A stretch of 64,000 nt of DNA, from contig NC_042997.1 in NCBI RefSeq assembly GCF_006345805.1, positions 23,622,001 through 23,686,000 of the forward strand, in the 5' to 3' direction. Below, in pieces: positions 11,373 to 24,096 of this stretch. Under the pieces are notes generated by a model, which searched no databases, had not been told where the DNA came from, and saw only the letters and a program-made list of their open reading frames with translations. The stretch is from Octopus sinensis. Lineage: Eukaryota. How positions within the stretch are numbered: the stretch's first letter is position 1; the number at the start of each line of letters is the position of its first letter. Both the position numbers and the translations under genes were made by a program.

Positions 11373-11750
11373 AATCTCTTATATAAAATCCGTTCAGTCT
11401 GTCTGTGTGTGTGGTTTCTAGGATCTCGGGCATCCTCCACCCGATTGCGCTCAAATTTGATATGTAGATACCGACGGTATCAGGGTGTGTATAAGTCTTG
11501 AAAAAATTACAAAAATCGATTCCAGGTGAGAATGCGATCGATAAAGCCGTGGGAAATCGTTTTTCTTTGGAATAGAAAAGAAGTCTATTTTTATTTCTTC
11601 TTTTGCTGGTGTCTCAAATTTAGGTTTAATCAGTGCTTCTCAAAGGGGAGGCCTATGGGACGGTCGGAGAAGTTGATTAGAGAAAATTTGGTTTAAATGT
11701 TTGACAACTCAGCACCGTCCATTGGACGGGGGGCGTTTTGCTCAGCCACT
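11373..11750 (+). mobile_element. Possible non-autonomous Helitron-like element (copies at about 16690-17065 minus and 19405-19785 plus)
   Basis: Starts A|TCTCTTATATAAAA...GTCTGTCTGTGTGTG and has the GC hairpin CCGTCC-ATT-GGACGG near its end, but the terminus reads CTCAG rather than CTAG. Confidence 0.4.
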
Positions 11751-11751
11751 A

Positions 11752-11880
11752 CACACATTTTTTCTCTCCTTGTTTTTTCTGTGTCCCTTTCTGTAGAAGA
11801 GCGTAGGCTCGAAACGTAAAATATTTTTTCTATTCCTGAGCGTTATACTAATACATCTGTTTGTTTTGTACACCACCTGT
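11752..11880 (+). mobile_element. Penelope-like terminal repeat fragment with a hammerhead-like motif (11787-11822); copies at 16615-16650 (-) and 19820-19855 (+)
   Basis: CTTT-CTGTAGA-A-GAGC-GTAG-GCTC-GAAAC-GTA-AAAG. Confidence 0.5.
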
Positions 11881-13742
11881 AGAAAAACCATATAACGAAC
11901 ATGCTCTATATGCTGAAGTCTATAAATGTCGACATCGTTTTCGGTGAAAATTTTCTGAAAATTCCTGGGTAAATGTTCTCAAAAGTTTCGAAAAATCTTT
12001 GGTTAAAATTTTCAGTGAAAATTTTCGGAAAAAGTTTTAGCTGAAATTGTACATTGAAAATGCCAAAATCAAAAAGTATGGAAGGCCAGCGGTGCCAAAA
12101 TCAAAAAGTATGGAAGGCCAGCGGTGCCAAAATCACAAAGTATGGAAGGACAGCGGTGCCAAAATCACAAAGTATGGAAGGCCAGCGGTCCGAATATCAC
12201 AAATTATGGAAAGTCATTTTGGGGTAAAATTTTCTGTGAAAATTTTCGAAAACTTTTTGGGTAAAATTTGTGGTGAAAACTTTCTAAAAATTTTTGGGTA
12301 AAATTTTCTAAAAATTTTTGGGTAATGTTTTCAGTGAAAATTTTCCAAAAATTTCTGAGTAAAATTTTAGGTGAAAATTTTTGATAAATTTTTGGGGAAA
12401 ATTTTCGGTAAAAATTTTGGTTAAAATTTGCGAAAACAATATAACGAATATGCTCCATATGCTGAAGTGTATAAACGTCGACATCGTTTTCGGTTAAAAT
12501 TTTCGGAAAAATCTGGTGAAATTTTTCGTGTAAAATTTTCGGAAAAGTTTTGGTGAAAATTTTCAAAAAAGTTTTGGGTAAAATTTTCGGTGAAAATTTT
12601 CGAAAAAGTTTTGGGTAAAATTTTCCGTGAAAATTTTCGAAAAATTTTTGGGTTAAATATTCAGTGAAAATTTTCTAAAAATTTTCGGGTAAAATTTTAG
12701 GTGAATATCTTCGATAAATTTTTGGGGAAAATTTTCGCCAAAAATTTTCAAAAAATTTTTGTTAAAAATTTCGGTTAAAATTTTCGAAAAACCATATAAC
12801 GAATATGCTCCATATGCTGAAGTCTATTTAACGTCGACATCGTCATAGTTGTTAAGTGTAAAGCAGAATCTGGTTTATTGTGGATGGCGAGGCATCGTGA
12901 CAGAAGTAGTAAACGAGAATTCACTCTATATATACACATAAAGGAGCAGCAGCAATAACATAAATCTATTTTTGGGTTAAATTTTCGGTGAATAATCTCG
13001 AAAAATTTTTGTGTAAAATGTTCAGTGAAAATTTTCGAAAAATTTATGGGTAAAATTTTCGGTGAAAATGCCAAAATCACAAAGTATGGAAGGCCAGTGG
13101 TGCCAAAATCACAAAGTATGGAAGGCCAGGTGCCAAAATCACAAAGTATGCAAGGGCAGCGGTGCCAAAATCACAAAATCTGGAAAGCTAGCAGTGCCAA
13201 AATCACAAAGTACGGAAAGCTAGCAGTGCCAAAATCACAAAATATGGAGACCTAGCAGTGCCAAAATCACAAAGTATGGAAACCCAGCATTGCCAAAATA
13301 CAAAGTATGGAAACCTAGCAATTCCAAATTCACAAAGTATGGAAATCTAGCAATTCCAAATTCACAAAGTATGGAAAGCTAGCAGTGCCAAAATCACAAT
13401 GTATGGAAAGCTAGCAGTGCCAAAGTCACAAAGTATGGAGAGCTAACAGTGCCAAAATCATAAAGTATGGAAAGCTAGCAGTGCCAAATCACAAAGTATG
13501 GAAAGCTAGCAGTGCCAAAATCACAAAGTATGGTGAGCTAGCAGTGCCAAAATCACAAAGTATGGAAATCTTGCAATGCTAAAATCACAAAGTATGGAAA
13601 GCTAGCAGTGCCAAAATCAGAAAGTATGGAAAGCTAGCAGTGCCAAAATCACAAAGTATGGAGACCTAGCAGTGCCAAAATCACAAAGTGCAGAAAGCTA
13701 GCAATAACAAAATCACAAAGTATGGAAAGCTAACAATGCTAA
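11881..13742 (+). repeat. Composite satellite, block 2 (32-bp array of about 21 units at 13069-13742)
   Basis: Same three tiers as block 1; 12490-13765 is colinear with 4977-6574. Confidence 0.95.
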
Positions 13743-13806
13743 AGATTTATGTGGATGCTTATGGTATCTGATATGGATAGAATAGGACACACAAATACAA
13801 CTTTAA

Positions 13807-14024
13807 CTCTTGAACATTCAGATTTCATTGTCAAATGTAAACCTTATTTATTCACATTGTTTTGAATTAATCATGCATTTTCTCATAGCTTCACAATTTC
13901 TATGATGTTGTTGTTTATTTTTATAATGACCTTGTAGGGTAGGTGTGAGACATTGGATCTGCTCAGTTTTAACATAAAACCAGGAGAATATCTGGATCAG
14001 AAATGGCTGGATTAAATGCTAGAG
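13807..14024. mobile_element. piggyBac-like MITE
   Basis: TTAA on both sides (13803-13806 and 14025-14028) and degenerate terminal inverted repeats CTCTTGAACATT / AATGCTAGAG. Confidence 0.6.
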
Positions 14025-14844
14025 TTAAGCCCAATTTCACTATCAAAGCAGGGATTAGCTTAGGGGTCCCATGACTAAATGTTTTGGGGGACTATCTATC
14101 TTTTATCCTTTTCTTGTTTCAGTCATTGGACTGTGGTAATCCTGGGGCTCTCTCTTTAAGGGTTTATTACATATACATTAGCAATAAGTAGATATCAGTT
14201 ATTAGTGGTCAGTAACATAGTGACCTGGTAAACATGAAATGCCAGTATTGATGGTCATTATAATAGAGGACAGCTGATCTGTTGATGTCAGTGTTGGATG
14301 GTCAAGAAATATAATGAACAGCTGAATGGTAAAAACACAATTTTCATTCTGATATTTTGTTCATTATATTGTCTATTTTGCAGTGGTAGTAAAGGTCAGA
14401 CGAATAAATATTACTAAAGCATTGCTTTACAGTCAGATGCCCGTCTTGTCATTAAAGATACTTACTTCACATGCTTGTAACTGAAACATTTTTCTTTCTT
14501 TTTCCATCTCTTCTGCAATCTGCAACAAAGAAAAAAAGGAATTCTTCTGATTTTCATTTATGCATTACACTTTACCATTTCTCACTCTCTTTCTCCGTAA
14601 TTGTGTGTGCAATTACACACACACGCACAAAACATGTATGTATGTATGAATGGATGAATGGATGGATGAATGGATGAATGAGTGAAAGAATGAGTAAAAT
14701 GACAATTGCCTTAGTGTTTAGCATATCTGCACAATTTATGGTGTGTCTGGATTATGCTTCCAGTAGGCACTGAAAAACATTTTTGTGCAACACATGCAAG
14801 CATGGGACATGATTATATACATGCATGGTTGTGTATATATATAT

Positions 14845-14889
<45 letters not shown>

Positions 14890-14918
14890 GTGTGTGTGTA
14901 TATATGTATATATATATA

Positions 14919-14955
<37 letters not shown>

Positions 14956-15754
14956 TACATACATAAATATATATATATATATACACATATACATACATAC
15001 ATACATACATATATACGTAACAAAGACCATCCGATCGTGGCCGTTGCCAGCCTCGCCTGGCCCCCGTGAACTTCCCAGATCGCAGTTGAACCGTCCGACC
15101 CATGCTAGCATGGAAAGCGGACGTTAAACGATGATGATGATGATGTGGCCTTCTGCAGAATCGTACGTTAGTTTTACTTAGTTTTTAAATAAATTTTTCA
15201 AGGGGAGACAACTTAAAATTTATCTTTTGTAGTTATTTCCCTTGAATTCTCTTGTTGACACAGAATATAAGAAAAAGTGAACTAGATTGCCACTATATTG
15301 TCGACATGTAATACCCAATTGTGAAGGCGCATGGTTCAGTGGTGAGAGCGTTGAGCTTACGATCGTGAGGTTGTGAGTTCGAATAATGGACCGGGCTAGT
15401 TGTTGTGTTCTTGAGCAAGACACTTTATTTAACGTTACTCCTGTTTATTCAGCTGTCTTTCCCTCGGATACCATCGGTGACTTGGAGAGGAGAGGCTGGC
15501 ATGCATGGGCAACTGCTGACCTTCCATAAGCAACCTTGCCCGGATTTGTACCTCGGAGGGTAACTTTCTAGGTGCAATCCCATGGTCATTCATGACCGAA
15601 GGAGGTCTCCCCAATATCCAACTATTTGGTATGTTCCAATTGCCCTCTAATCATACAGCATTTCTACGTCTACGAAATTATATAATTTTTACTGTCTGTC
15701 TGTCTATTTATCTCAATTGACATACATGCTTATACATACGTACATGTATCCATA

Positions 15755-16550
15755 CTCAAAAAATTTCACTGAAAATTTTACCCCATAATTTCTCGAAAAT
15801 TTTCACCGACAATTTTAACAAAAAGTTTTATGTGGCTGCTTTCTGTGTATATATTGAGTGAATTCTGGTTTACTACTACTGTCAACATGCCTCACCATCC
15901 ATGATACACCAGATACTGCTTTACACTTAACAACTATGACGATGTCGACGTTTATAGACTTCAGCATATGGAGCAAATTCGTTATTTGGGTTTTCAAAAA
16001 TTTTCAACGAAAATTTTACCCAATAATTTGTTGAAAATTTTCACTGAAAATTTTACCCCAAAATGGCTTTCCATACTTTGTGATTTTGGCACCGATGGCC
16101 TTCCATACTTTTTGATTTTTTAGAACCACTGGCTTTCCATACTTGTGATTTTGGCACCGCTGGCCTTCCATACTTTGTGATTTTCGCACCACTAGCCTTC
16201 CATACATTGTGATTTTGGCACCACTGGCCTTCCATACGTTGTGACTTTGGCACCGCCGTCCTTCCATACATTGTGATTTTGGCACCGCTGGCCTTCCATA
16301 CTTTTTGATTTTGGCATTTTCAACGTACAATTTTAGCTAAAAAATTTTCCGAAAATTTTCACTGAAAATTTAACCCAAAAATTTTTGGAAACTTTTGAAA
16401 ACTTTTACCCAGGAATTTTCAGAAAATTTTCACCGAAAATGATGTCGACATTTATAGACTTCAAGCATATGGAGCATGTTCGTTATATGGTTTTTTAAAA
16501 ATTTTCACCGATAATTTTGATAAAATATTTTTCGAAAATTTTCAGCGAAG
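15755..16550 (-). repeat. Composite satellite, block 3, inverted
   Basis: Reverse complement of about 11886-12300 plus one 190-bp module. Confidence 0.9.
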
Positions 16551-16551
16551 A

Positions 16552-17238
16552 TGAAGACAGGTGGTGTACAAAACACACAGATGTATTTGTATAACGGTCA
16601 GGAATAGAAAAAATCTTTTACGTTTCGAGCCTACGCTCTTCTACAGAAAGGGACACAGAAAAAACAAGGAGAGAAAAAATGTGTGTAGTGGCTGAGCAAA
16701 ACGCCCCCCGTCCAATGGACGGTGCTGAGTTGTCAAACATTTAAACCAAATTTTCTCTAAACAACTTCTCCGACCGTCCCATAGGCCTCCCCTTTGAGAA
16801 GCACTGATTAAACCTAAATTTGAGACACCAGCAAAAGAAGAATTAAAAATAGACTTCTTTTCTATTCCAAAGAAAAACGATTTCTCACGGCTTTATCGAT
16901 CGCATTCTCACCTGGAATCGATTTTTGTAATTTTTTCAAGACTTATACACGCCCTGATACCGTCGGTATCTACATATCAAATTTGAGCGCAATCGGGTGG
17001 AGGATGCCCGAGATCCTAGAAACCACACACACAGACAGACTGAACGGATTTTATATAAGAGATTTGTTACAGAAATAACTAAACTTTTAGATCGACAAAT
17101 CTTACGCTCTCTATCACCAACAAACTATCGATATATATTTACCAAACTTTTTGACTATCTCTTTCTCTGTATGCGTATTAATAACCACGCATGAATTTCA
17201 TTTTCTTTAAAACTTCGTCTTCTAATGTTTTACTTTAC
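16552..17238 (-). repeat. Inverted copy of segment X (11205-11880 and 19230-19920)
   Basis: Reverse-complement match of about 690 bp, read by eye. Confidence 0.9.
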
Positions 17239-17239
17239 T

Positions 17240-18965
17240 TCATTCGAAGATAGCCTCAAAGTGTTGGAAGAGGTATTAACCCACCTAGATGACAGCCTTC
17301 ATATACTTCTCCCTGAATACTTCAATCTTCCTAATGTCGAATGGCCTGAGGGATGCCTCCTCGCAGGTATCTCACTGCATAAGCGAAAGTAGGCAGAGTC
17401 TCTACTTGTCCTTACAAACATGTTACTCATGGAACACACAGTGTTCCACCCAATAAGAGGTAAAAATACCCGGAACACCTGCTTCACAAATTATAAGGCA
17501 CCCATCCATAATGTTAAGGTGACACCAACGAGTTTCTTTGATCGTAACTTAGTAGAAATAATAGTGCTTAATCTGAGCAAAATTGCAGACGTAGTCTAAT
17601 AGACGCACTCGACCGCCTTCTAGGCTGAGCCTTCATAAAATTTATTGGATAGCTATTCAGAAAGTGGTCCTGGAGTAAAACTCTCTATGCAGCCTATTGG
17701 CATAAAGCTACAACGCTTTATTTTGATATTTTGATACTTTGATAGGTTTCGGCCAGTATTGACCAAGGCCATGTCTAACTTAATAGCACCACCTGGCAAA
17801 GTCATTCAAATCAGGAATCGGACAACATGGCCAACTTGAGGAGAGAGTTATTGTTTACGGAGACATATCCGGATGTAGGAGATTTATCCGGAATTTTTTG
17901 AAGGAATTTGTTCAAAGACTTTTTGAACTTAATGGAGTCTGTTTCTGTTTTAATGTGTTTTGGTGTAAAGAGAGTGGGGCCAACTGAGGTGAAATAATTG
18001 TGACGTATTGTTGTAATGTGATGCGAGTATGATTTATGTTGTGGGCGGATAGCACAGGGCCCAAGTCTTGAGTGTATCTTAGAGGCGATGTCAACATCAT
18101 TTGGGCAATGCCGATGGAACATTTTCCACATCAAGCAGATGATGTTGCGCTCACGGTGGCGTTGGAGGGGAAAAAAGCTTGAGCTTTTCTAGTCGACCCT
18201 AACAGTCAAGGCCTGTCATGCCAGCTATCTTTTTTGTAATTGACCTTTGAGGTGTTTCAATTTTGATGATACTTTGTTTCGTGTGGGGCGACCACATTGG
18301 ACAGCTGTATTCAAGGTGGGGTCGGGAAAAAGTAGAGAAGAGAAGGATAATGGTGTGGATATCTCTCGACTGGAAAGTTCTGAGAATTCAGGAACACATC
18401 CTGCGGGCCATGTTAATGAGAGACCTGTTTATATGAGAGACCCAGTTTATGTTGCTGTCTACAATTAATCCCAACTCTCTGATGTTGTTGGATGCCATAA
18501 CAGTTTCACCTGAAGGAAGGGAGTATGGGAGTTTCATGGTATCCTCTTTCCGAAGTTGATTAACTCAAATTTGTCCTCAGCCAGTAGATCTGACTGAAGG
18601 CATACCGGGTCACCCACTTCATTGATGACCTTCTGAATCTTGGAATCATCTGCAAAGATTCTTATGTTACTGTGCTTGATGATGTCAGTAATGTCATTGA
18701 AATAGATGATGAAAAGAAGTGGGACCAACACAATAGTGGAACACCACTACTGACTTTGGCTGGGCTTGATTTTCCTCCTTCGACAACAACGTGTTAGGTT
18801 CTTCCAGAGACACCAGTGTGGGATAGTTTTTGCAAGAGGATCTTATGACCCACCCTGTCAAAGGCCTTGCTGAACTCAAGGTAGTGACATCAGATTCAAC
18901 ATGAGCGATATAATTTTATACAGTGGGAAAGTTTACCACAAGAAAATGAAAGAGATAGACGAATA

Positions 18966-19007
<42 letters not shown>

Positions 19008-19915
19008 TTTTCTGTCGCTGACACAGAGTTTGAAATTTTAGAATTATGTAAAAGTTTCAAATTTGGTATATTGATGTACTTTTCACGATGAATCCTAGTT
19101 TGTGAAGCATGTATTTCAAATGGTTTTTTAGAAAAACGTTAGGGGTTTAAACTTTGATCATTTTTACTCAGTCAGTAAACAGGATTTGGAAGCTAAGCAT
19201 TTTGTGCTCGATAAGCAGTGTATCATAAAATGAAAGTAAAACATTAGAAGACGAAGTTTTAAAGAAAATGAAATTCATGCGTGGTTATTAATACGCATAC
19301 AGAGAAAGAGATAGTCAAAAAGTTTGGTAAATATATATCGATAGTTTGTTGGTGATAGAGAGCGTAAGATTTGTCGATCTAAAAGTTTAGTTATTTCTGT
19401 AACAAATCTCTTATATAAAATCCGTTCAGTCTGTCTGTGTGTGTGGTTTCTAGGATCTCGGGCATCCTCCACCCGATTGCGCTCAAATTTGATATGTAGA
19501 TACCGACGGTATCAGGGCGTGTATAAGTCTTTACAAAAATTACAAAAATCGATTCCAGGCGAGAATGCGATCGATAAAGCTGTGGGAAATCGTTTTTCTT
19601 TGGAATAGAAAAAATGTCTATTTTTATCTCTTCTTTTGCTGGTGTCACAAATTTAGGTTAAATCAGTGCTTCTCAAAGGGGAGGCCTATGGGACGGTCGG
19701 ACAAGTTGTTTTGAGAAAATTTGGTTTAAATGTTTGACAACTCAGCACCGTCCATTGGACGGGGGGCGTTTTGCTCAGCCACTACACACATTTTTTCTCT
19801 CCTTGTTTTTTCTGTGTCCCTTTCTGTAGAAGAGCGTAGGCTCGAAACGTAAAAGATTTTTTTCTATTCCTGAGCGTTATACTAATACATCTGTTTGTTT
19901 TGTACACCACCTGTC
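17240..19915 (+). repeat. Direct segmental duplication of 9186-11880 (includes the CR1 copy at 17717-18932, minus)
   Basis: Colinear at an offset of about 8055, with scattered substitutions and microsatellite length differences. Confidence 0.95.
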
Positions 19916-19982
19916 TTCGTCTTTTGTTTTTTTTCGTAAACTTTCCCTATATATATATATATATATATAATATATATATATA

Positions 19983-20040
<58 letters not shown>

Positions 20041-20904
20041 ACGAACGACATTGTCCTTGGGACACAGATTTCGAAAACCAAATGCGTTGTTCTTGAGGAT
20101 GTACCGTTTCAGAGCCTTTAGGAGCTAAACACACGTACATACCCACATACAGCGTGCACACACACACACACACACATGCATATGTGTGTGTGTTTGTATG
20201 AGTATATATGAATATATATACGTACGTACACACACACACACACACCACACACACACATACATATATAAAATCTGGTAAGAGAATATTGACTCAATAGGGC
20301 GCCAGTCACAAGGATATGTAGTACTGATTCTTCGGTTGGTTATCCAATATTTTATACTCCACGCTTATGTAAAAAGGTCAGAGGGCGTCATAATTGAGTG
20401 CTTGGAGGTCTATGCTAGCTTTGCACTATTTCTTTACACAACTATACCGTTACAAACGATCAGAAGGCATTCGCATTCTTGATTGTACAGTAGTAACCAA
20501 AATCTTGATAAAATACAGCAAATTTTGCATGTATTTTGCATTATATATGACTGTTATAGTAATCTAGAAGAAACTGAGCTGTAATATATCTATGTACGAA
20601 TATGTGTCAATACACTTCTATTGTATTTTGTTTTGTGTAACTGGTTCTATATTACATAGTTCACCCAGCATGTTGTATAAAGTTTGGCTGCGTACTTAAT
20701 TTTCGAACGGTTTACTAAAAGAAACACCCCCACCCTATATTTGTCGACGACGGAAAATACAAAAATAAGAATGTTTTTATACTTTGCTTAGTGGTTTCTT
20801 TGACAGAAAAAGGAGTTTGTATCTACTCTGTCTGTAAGAAATAGCAGGCATATTCCTTTCAAGTCTGAAGCGTAGATAATATGGAGCTGGATATGCAAGG
20901 TAAG

Positions 20905-21345
20905 ATAACCGGCACTCTGCCGGTTACGACGACAAATGATCCAATTAACGGAACCGTCTGCACCTGAAATTAATGTGCGAGTAGTTGAGCACTCTACAGA
21001 GACGGGTACCCTTAACGCAGTTCTCTGGGTGATTCAGTGTGACACAGAATGTAACAAGTTTGGCCCCCGGAAATACCTTTTTTTTTTTGCCAGCCGAGTG
21101 GACTGGAGAAACATGAAGTAAAGTGTCTTACCCAAGGACACAGCACGCTTCTTGGTGTCGAACTTACGATCTTACGATCGTAAAGCGAATAGCCTAACCG
21201 CTAAGCCAGGCACATTCACACAAGACAAGGCTGGTCCTTTGGATTATAGGTACAACTCATTTTTGTCAACTGAGTGGACTTGAGTAAAGTGAAATAAAAG
21301 TGTTTTGCTCAAGGACACAACACACCGTAGGGACTCGAACACATA
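20905..21345 (-). mobile_element. Two adjacent decayed tRNA-derived SINEs
   Basis: Reverse-complemented tRNA-like heads and TGTGTCCTTGRGCAARACACTT cores. Confidence 0.6.
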
Positions 21346-21739
21346 ACAAGATAGACACGAGTGGAGTACCTTTTAGCTAAAGTTGAGTGGGGCTGTTGAG
21401 TGATCTGGTGCTGAGCAACAGCAATAAGACTCGGAAACAACCCCTTTGCCCCTTTGCCGATGTCTTTTGTTAATTTATTCTTCACTTGACTGGAACTCTC
21501 GATCATAGGCATGGCGAAGTAAGTTAAACCATTGCCTACCATGTGCCCATTTAGGAGATCTGCTAAAAGCAGTTTCACTGCCGGTTGTTCGTTGTATTCA
21601 GAGTGAATTACTTATGTGCATTGAACTTGCAGAAGTGTATTTAACAATATTTAGTAGTTAAAGTTTGTCATTATTTGCTCTGGATAATTTTTGAGGACAT
21701 TTTGTCATAAATAACAATTTTTGAACTACAAAATACTGA

Positions 21740-22160
21740 CTCTCTTTACTCTTTACTCTTTTACTTGTTTCAGTCATTTGACTGCGGCCATGCTGGAGCA
21801 CCGCCTTTAGTCGAGCAAATCGACCCCGGGACTTATTCTTTGAAAGCCCAGTACTTATTCTATCGGTCTCTTTTTTTGCCGAACCGCTAAGTAACGGGGA
21901 CGTAAACACACCAGCATCGGTTGTCAAGCAATGCTAGGGGAACAAACACAGACACACAAACATATTCACACACACTTATATATATATACATATATACGAC
22001 AGGCTTCTTTCAGTTTCCGTCTACCAAATCCACTCACAAGGCATTGGTCGGCCCGGGGCTATAGCAGAAGACACTTGCCCAAGATGCCACGCAGTGGGAC
22101 TGAACCCGGAACCATGTGGTTGGTTAGCAAGCTACTTACCAAACAGCCACTCCTGCGCCT
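21740..22160 (-). mobile_element. tRNA-derived SINE, family 1 (AGGCGYAGGAGTGGCTG head, GAGTAAA tail)
   Basis: Same family as 31151, 55754, 34270 and 59555; B box GGTTCAGTCCC. Confidence 0.9.
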
Positions 22161-22543
22161 GTTTCGAAAATTTTTTTTTTTTTGCATTTCCCGTCTATAT
22201 CATTCCTTGATATTTCATACACATTCGCATTTGATACTATAGTTTCAAAAGAAAAAAAAAAAAAAAACTAAAATGTTTATTATTGCAATTGAATAGAAAA
22301 GGATAAATATGCTTATTTTCAGCGATCTCCATTTATCATAATTTTCAAAATAATTCATATGAGAAGAAAATTTAAACTCCTAAGACACCTGGCAAAGCCA
22401 AAAAAATATGAATAAAAACATTTGGTAGTTAATGGGTTAATTTTCTCTTTGTTTTTGTCAATGTTTTTCATTTGAATGCTTATATGAAACCTGTAGTTTT
22501 GCTTTCTTCGCTGTACATTTTTCATTTTTCAATGTTATTTTGC

Positions 22544-23112
22544 AGGGCTCTCACTAAACAAATTGAAGGCATGGCTGCTCTCGATTATTGGGATCGCCTT
22601 AAAGCCTTGAAACTTTACTCCCTCCAGCGTCGCCGTGAGCGGTACATCATTTGTACGATGTGGAAAATATACCGCCGACTTTGCCCAAACGACCTAAACA
22701 TTAGCTTCAAGGTTCATCCAAGAGTTGGACCACGGGCTATACGTCCCCTGCCAAATTCAAGATCACAACATACATGTACACTGCAACATAATTTCTTTTC
22801 CTCAACAGGCCCTGCTCTATTTAACATTGTCCCGAGGGAGATCAAAGAGGAAAAGGATCCCATCAACTTTAAACAGAGTCTGGATAGATTCCTTCAAAGA
22901 ATACCAGATAAGCCACCCATAATTGGATACAACTCACCCAACAAGAACTCACTACTTGAACAAAACTGGATACAACTCACCCAACAAGAACTCACTACTT
23001 GAACAAAACTTGACTTAAACAGGATTCGAATAATCCTATCAGGTGGTGCTATTAAGTAGACATGGCCTGGACCAATCTCTGGTCGAAACATATCTAAGTT
23101 TATCTAAGTTTA
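22544..23112 (+). mobile_element. Short 5'-truncated CR1-type LINE, same family as 6673-7734
   Basis: Near-identical peptide (RALTKQIEG...QELTT), the same internal duplication of about 43 bp and the same ATCTAAGTTT tail. Confidence 0.9.
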
Positions 23113-23529
23113 TTGATCTCCTATATACCTGGTCAGTTACTTAACTTAGTAGAATAAGCTTTAAAAAAATTTCTTGAGCCTTAAGACTCATAAGGCCGTT
23201 TACCTGATCCCCATGACGTATAAGTGGCCGAGATCATAACCTTCCCCATTGAAATGGACGCCGGTCCGTTGCAGGATTCAGGTCAGTAATTTTGAGGTGA
23301 GGGGGACAAGTAGTCGATTACATCAATCTCAGTACTTTACTTGTACTCTATTTTATTCACTCCTGAGGGATGGAATGCAAAGTTGGCCTCGGTGGAATTT
23401 GAACTTAAAACGTTAAGAACCAGAAAAAAAATGCTGCCAAATATTTTTGTTCGATGTGCTATTGATTCAACCACCACGCCATCTCAGTAGGACGGACTAG
23501 ACTCCATTAATTAATATTGGTTACAAATT

Positions 23530-23911
23530 AAGGCGGCGAGCACGCCAGACGAAATCCTTTGCGGTATTTTGTCTGCCGTTACGTTCTGAGTTCAAATTCC
23601 GCCGAGGTCGACTTTGCCTTTCATCCTTTCGGGTTCGATAAATTAAGTACCAGTTACGCACTGGGGTCGATATAATCGACTTAATCCCTTTGTCTGTCCT
23701 TGTTTGTCCTCTCTGTGTTTAGCCCCCTGTGGGTAGTAAAGAAACAGGTATTTCGTCTGTCGTTACGTTCTGAGTTCAAATTCTGCCGAGGTCGACTTTG
23801 CCTTTCATCTTTTCGGACTCGATAAATTAAGTACCAGTTGCGTACTGGAGTCGATCTAATCGTCTGGCCCTCTTTCCCAAAATTTCGGGCCTTGTGCCTA
23901 GAGCAGAAATG
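23530..23911 (+). mobile_element. Dimeric SINE, family 2
   Basis: Two heads with different tails inside one 17-bp TSD (23513-23529 / 23912-23928, one mismatch). Further family-2 fragments on the minus strand at about 23290-23480 and 23930-24060. Confidence 0.8.
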
Positions 23912-24096
23912 AATATTGGTTTCAAATTTTGACACAAGGCCAGCAATTCAAAGGAGGGAGCGGGTAAGCCAGTTACAGCGACCTCGGTACTAAATTGATA
24001 CTGATTTTAACGACCCCGAAAGGATGAATGGCAAAGTCGACCTTGATGAAATTGGAACCCAGAAGTCATGTTATGCAACCATAACATATTATAAAG

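Noticed and set aside
20085-20130. Minus-strand GCTCT-GAAAC-G-GTA, the 3' half of a hammerhead
   Set aside because: No CUGANGA core upstream.
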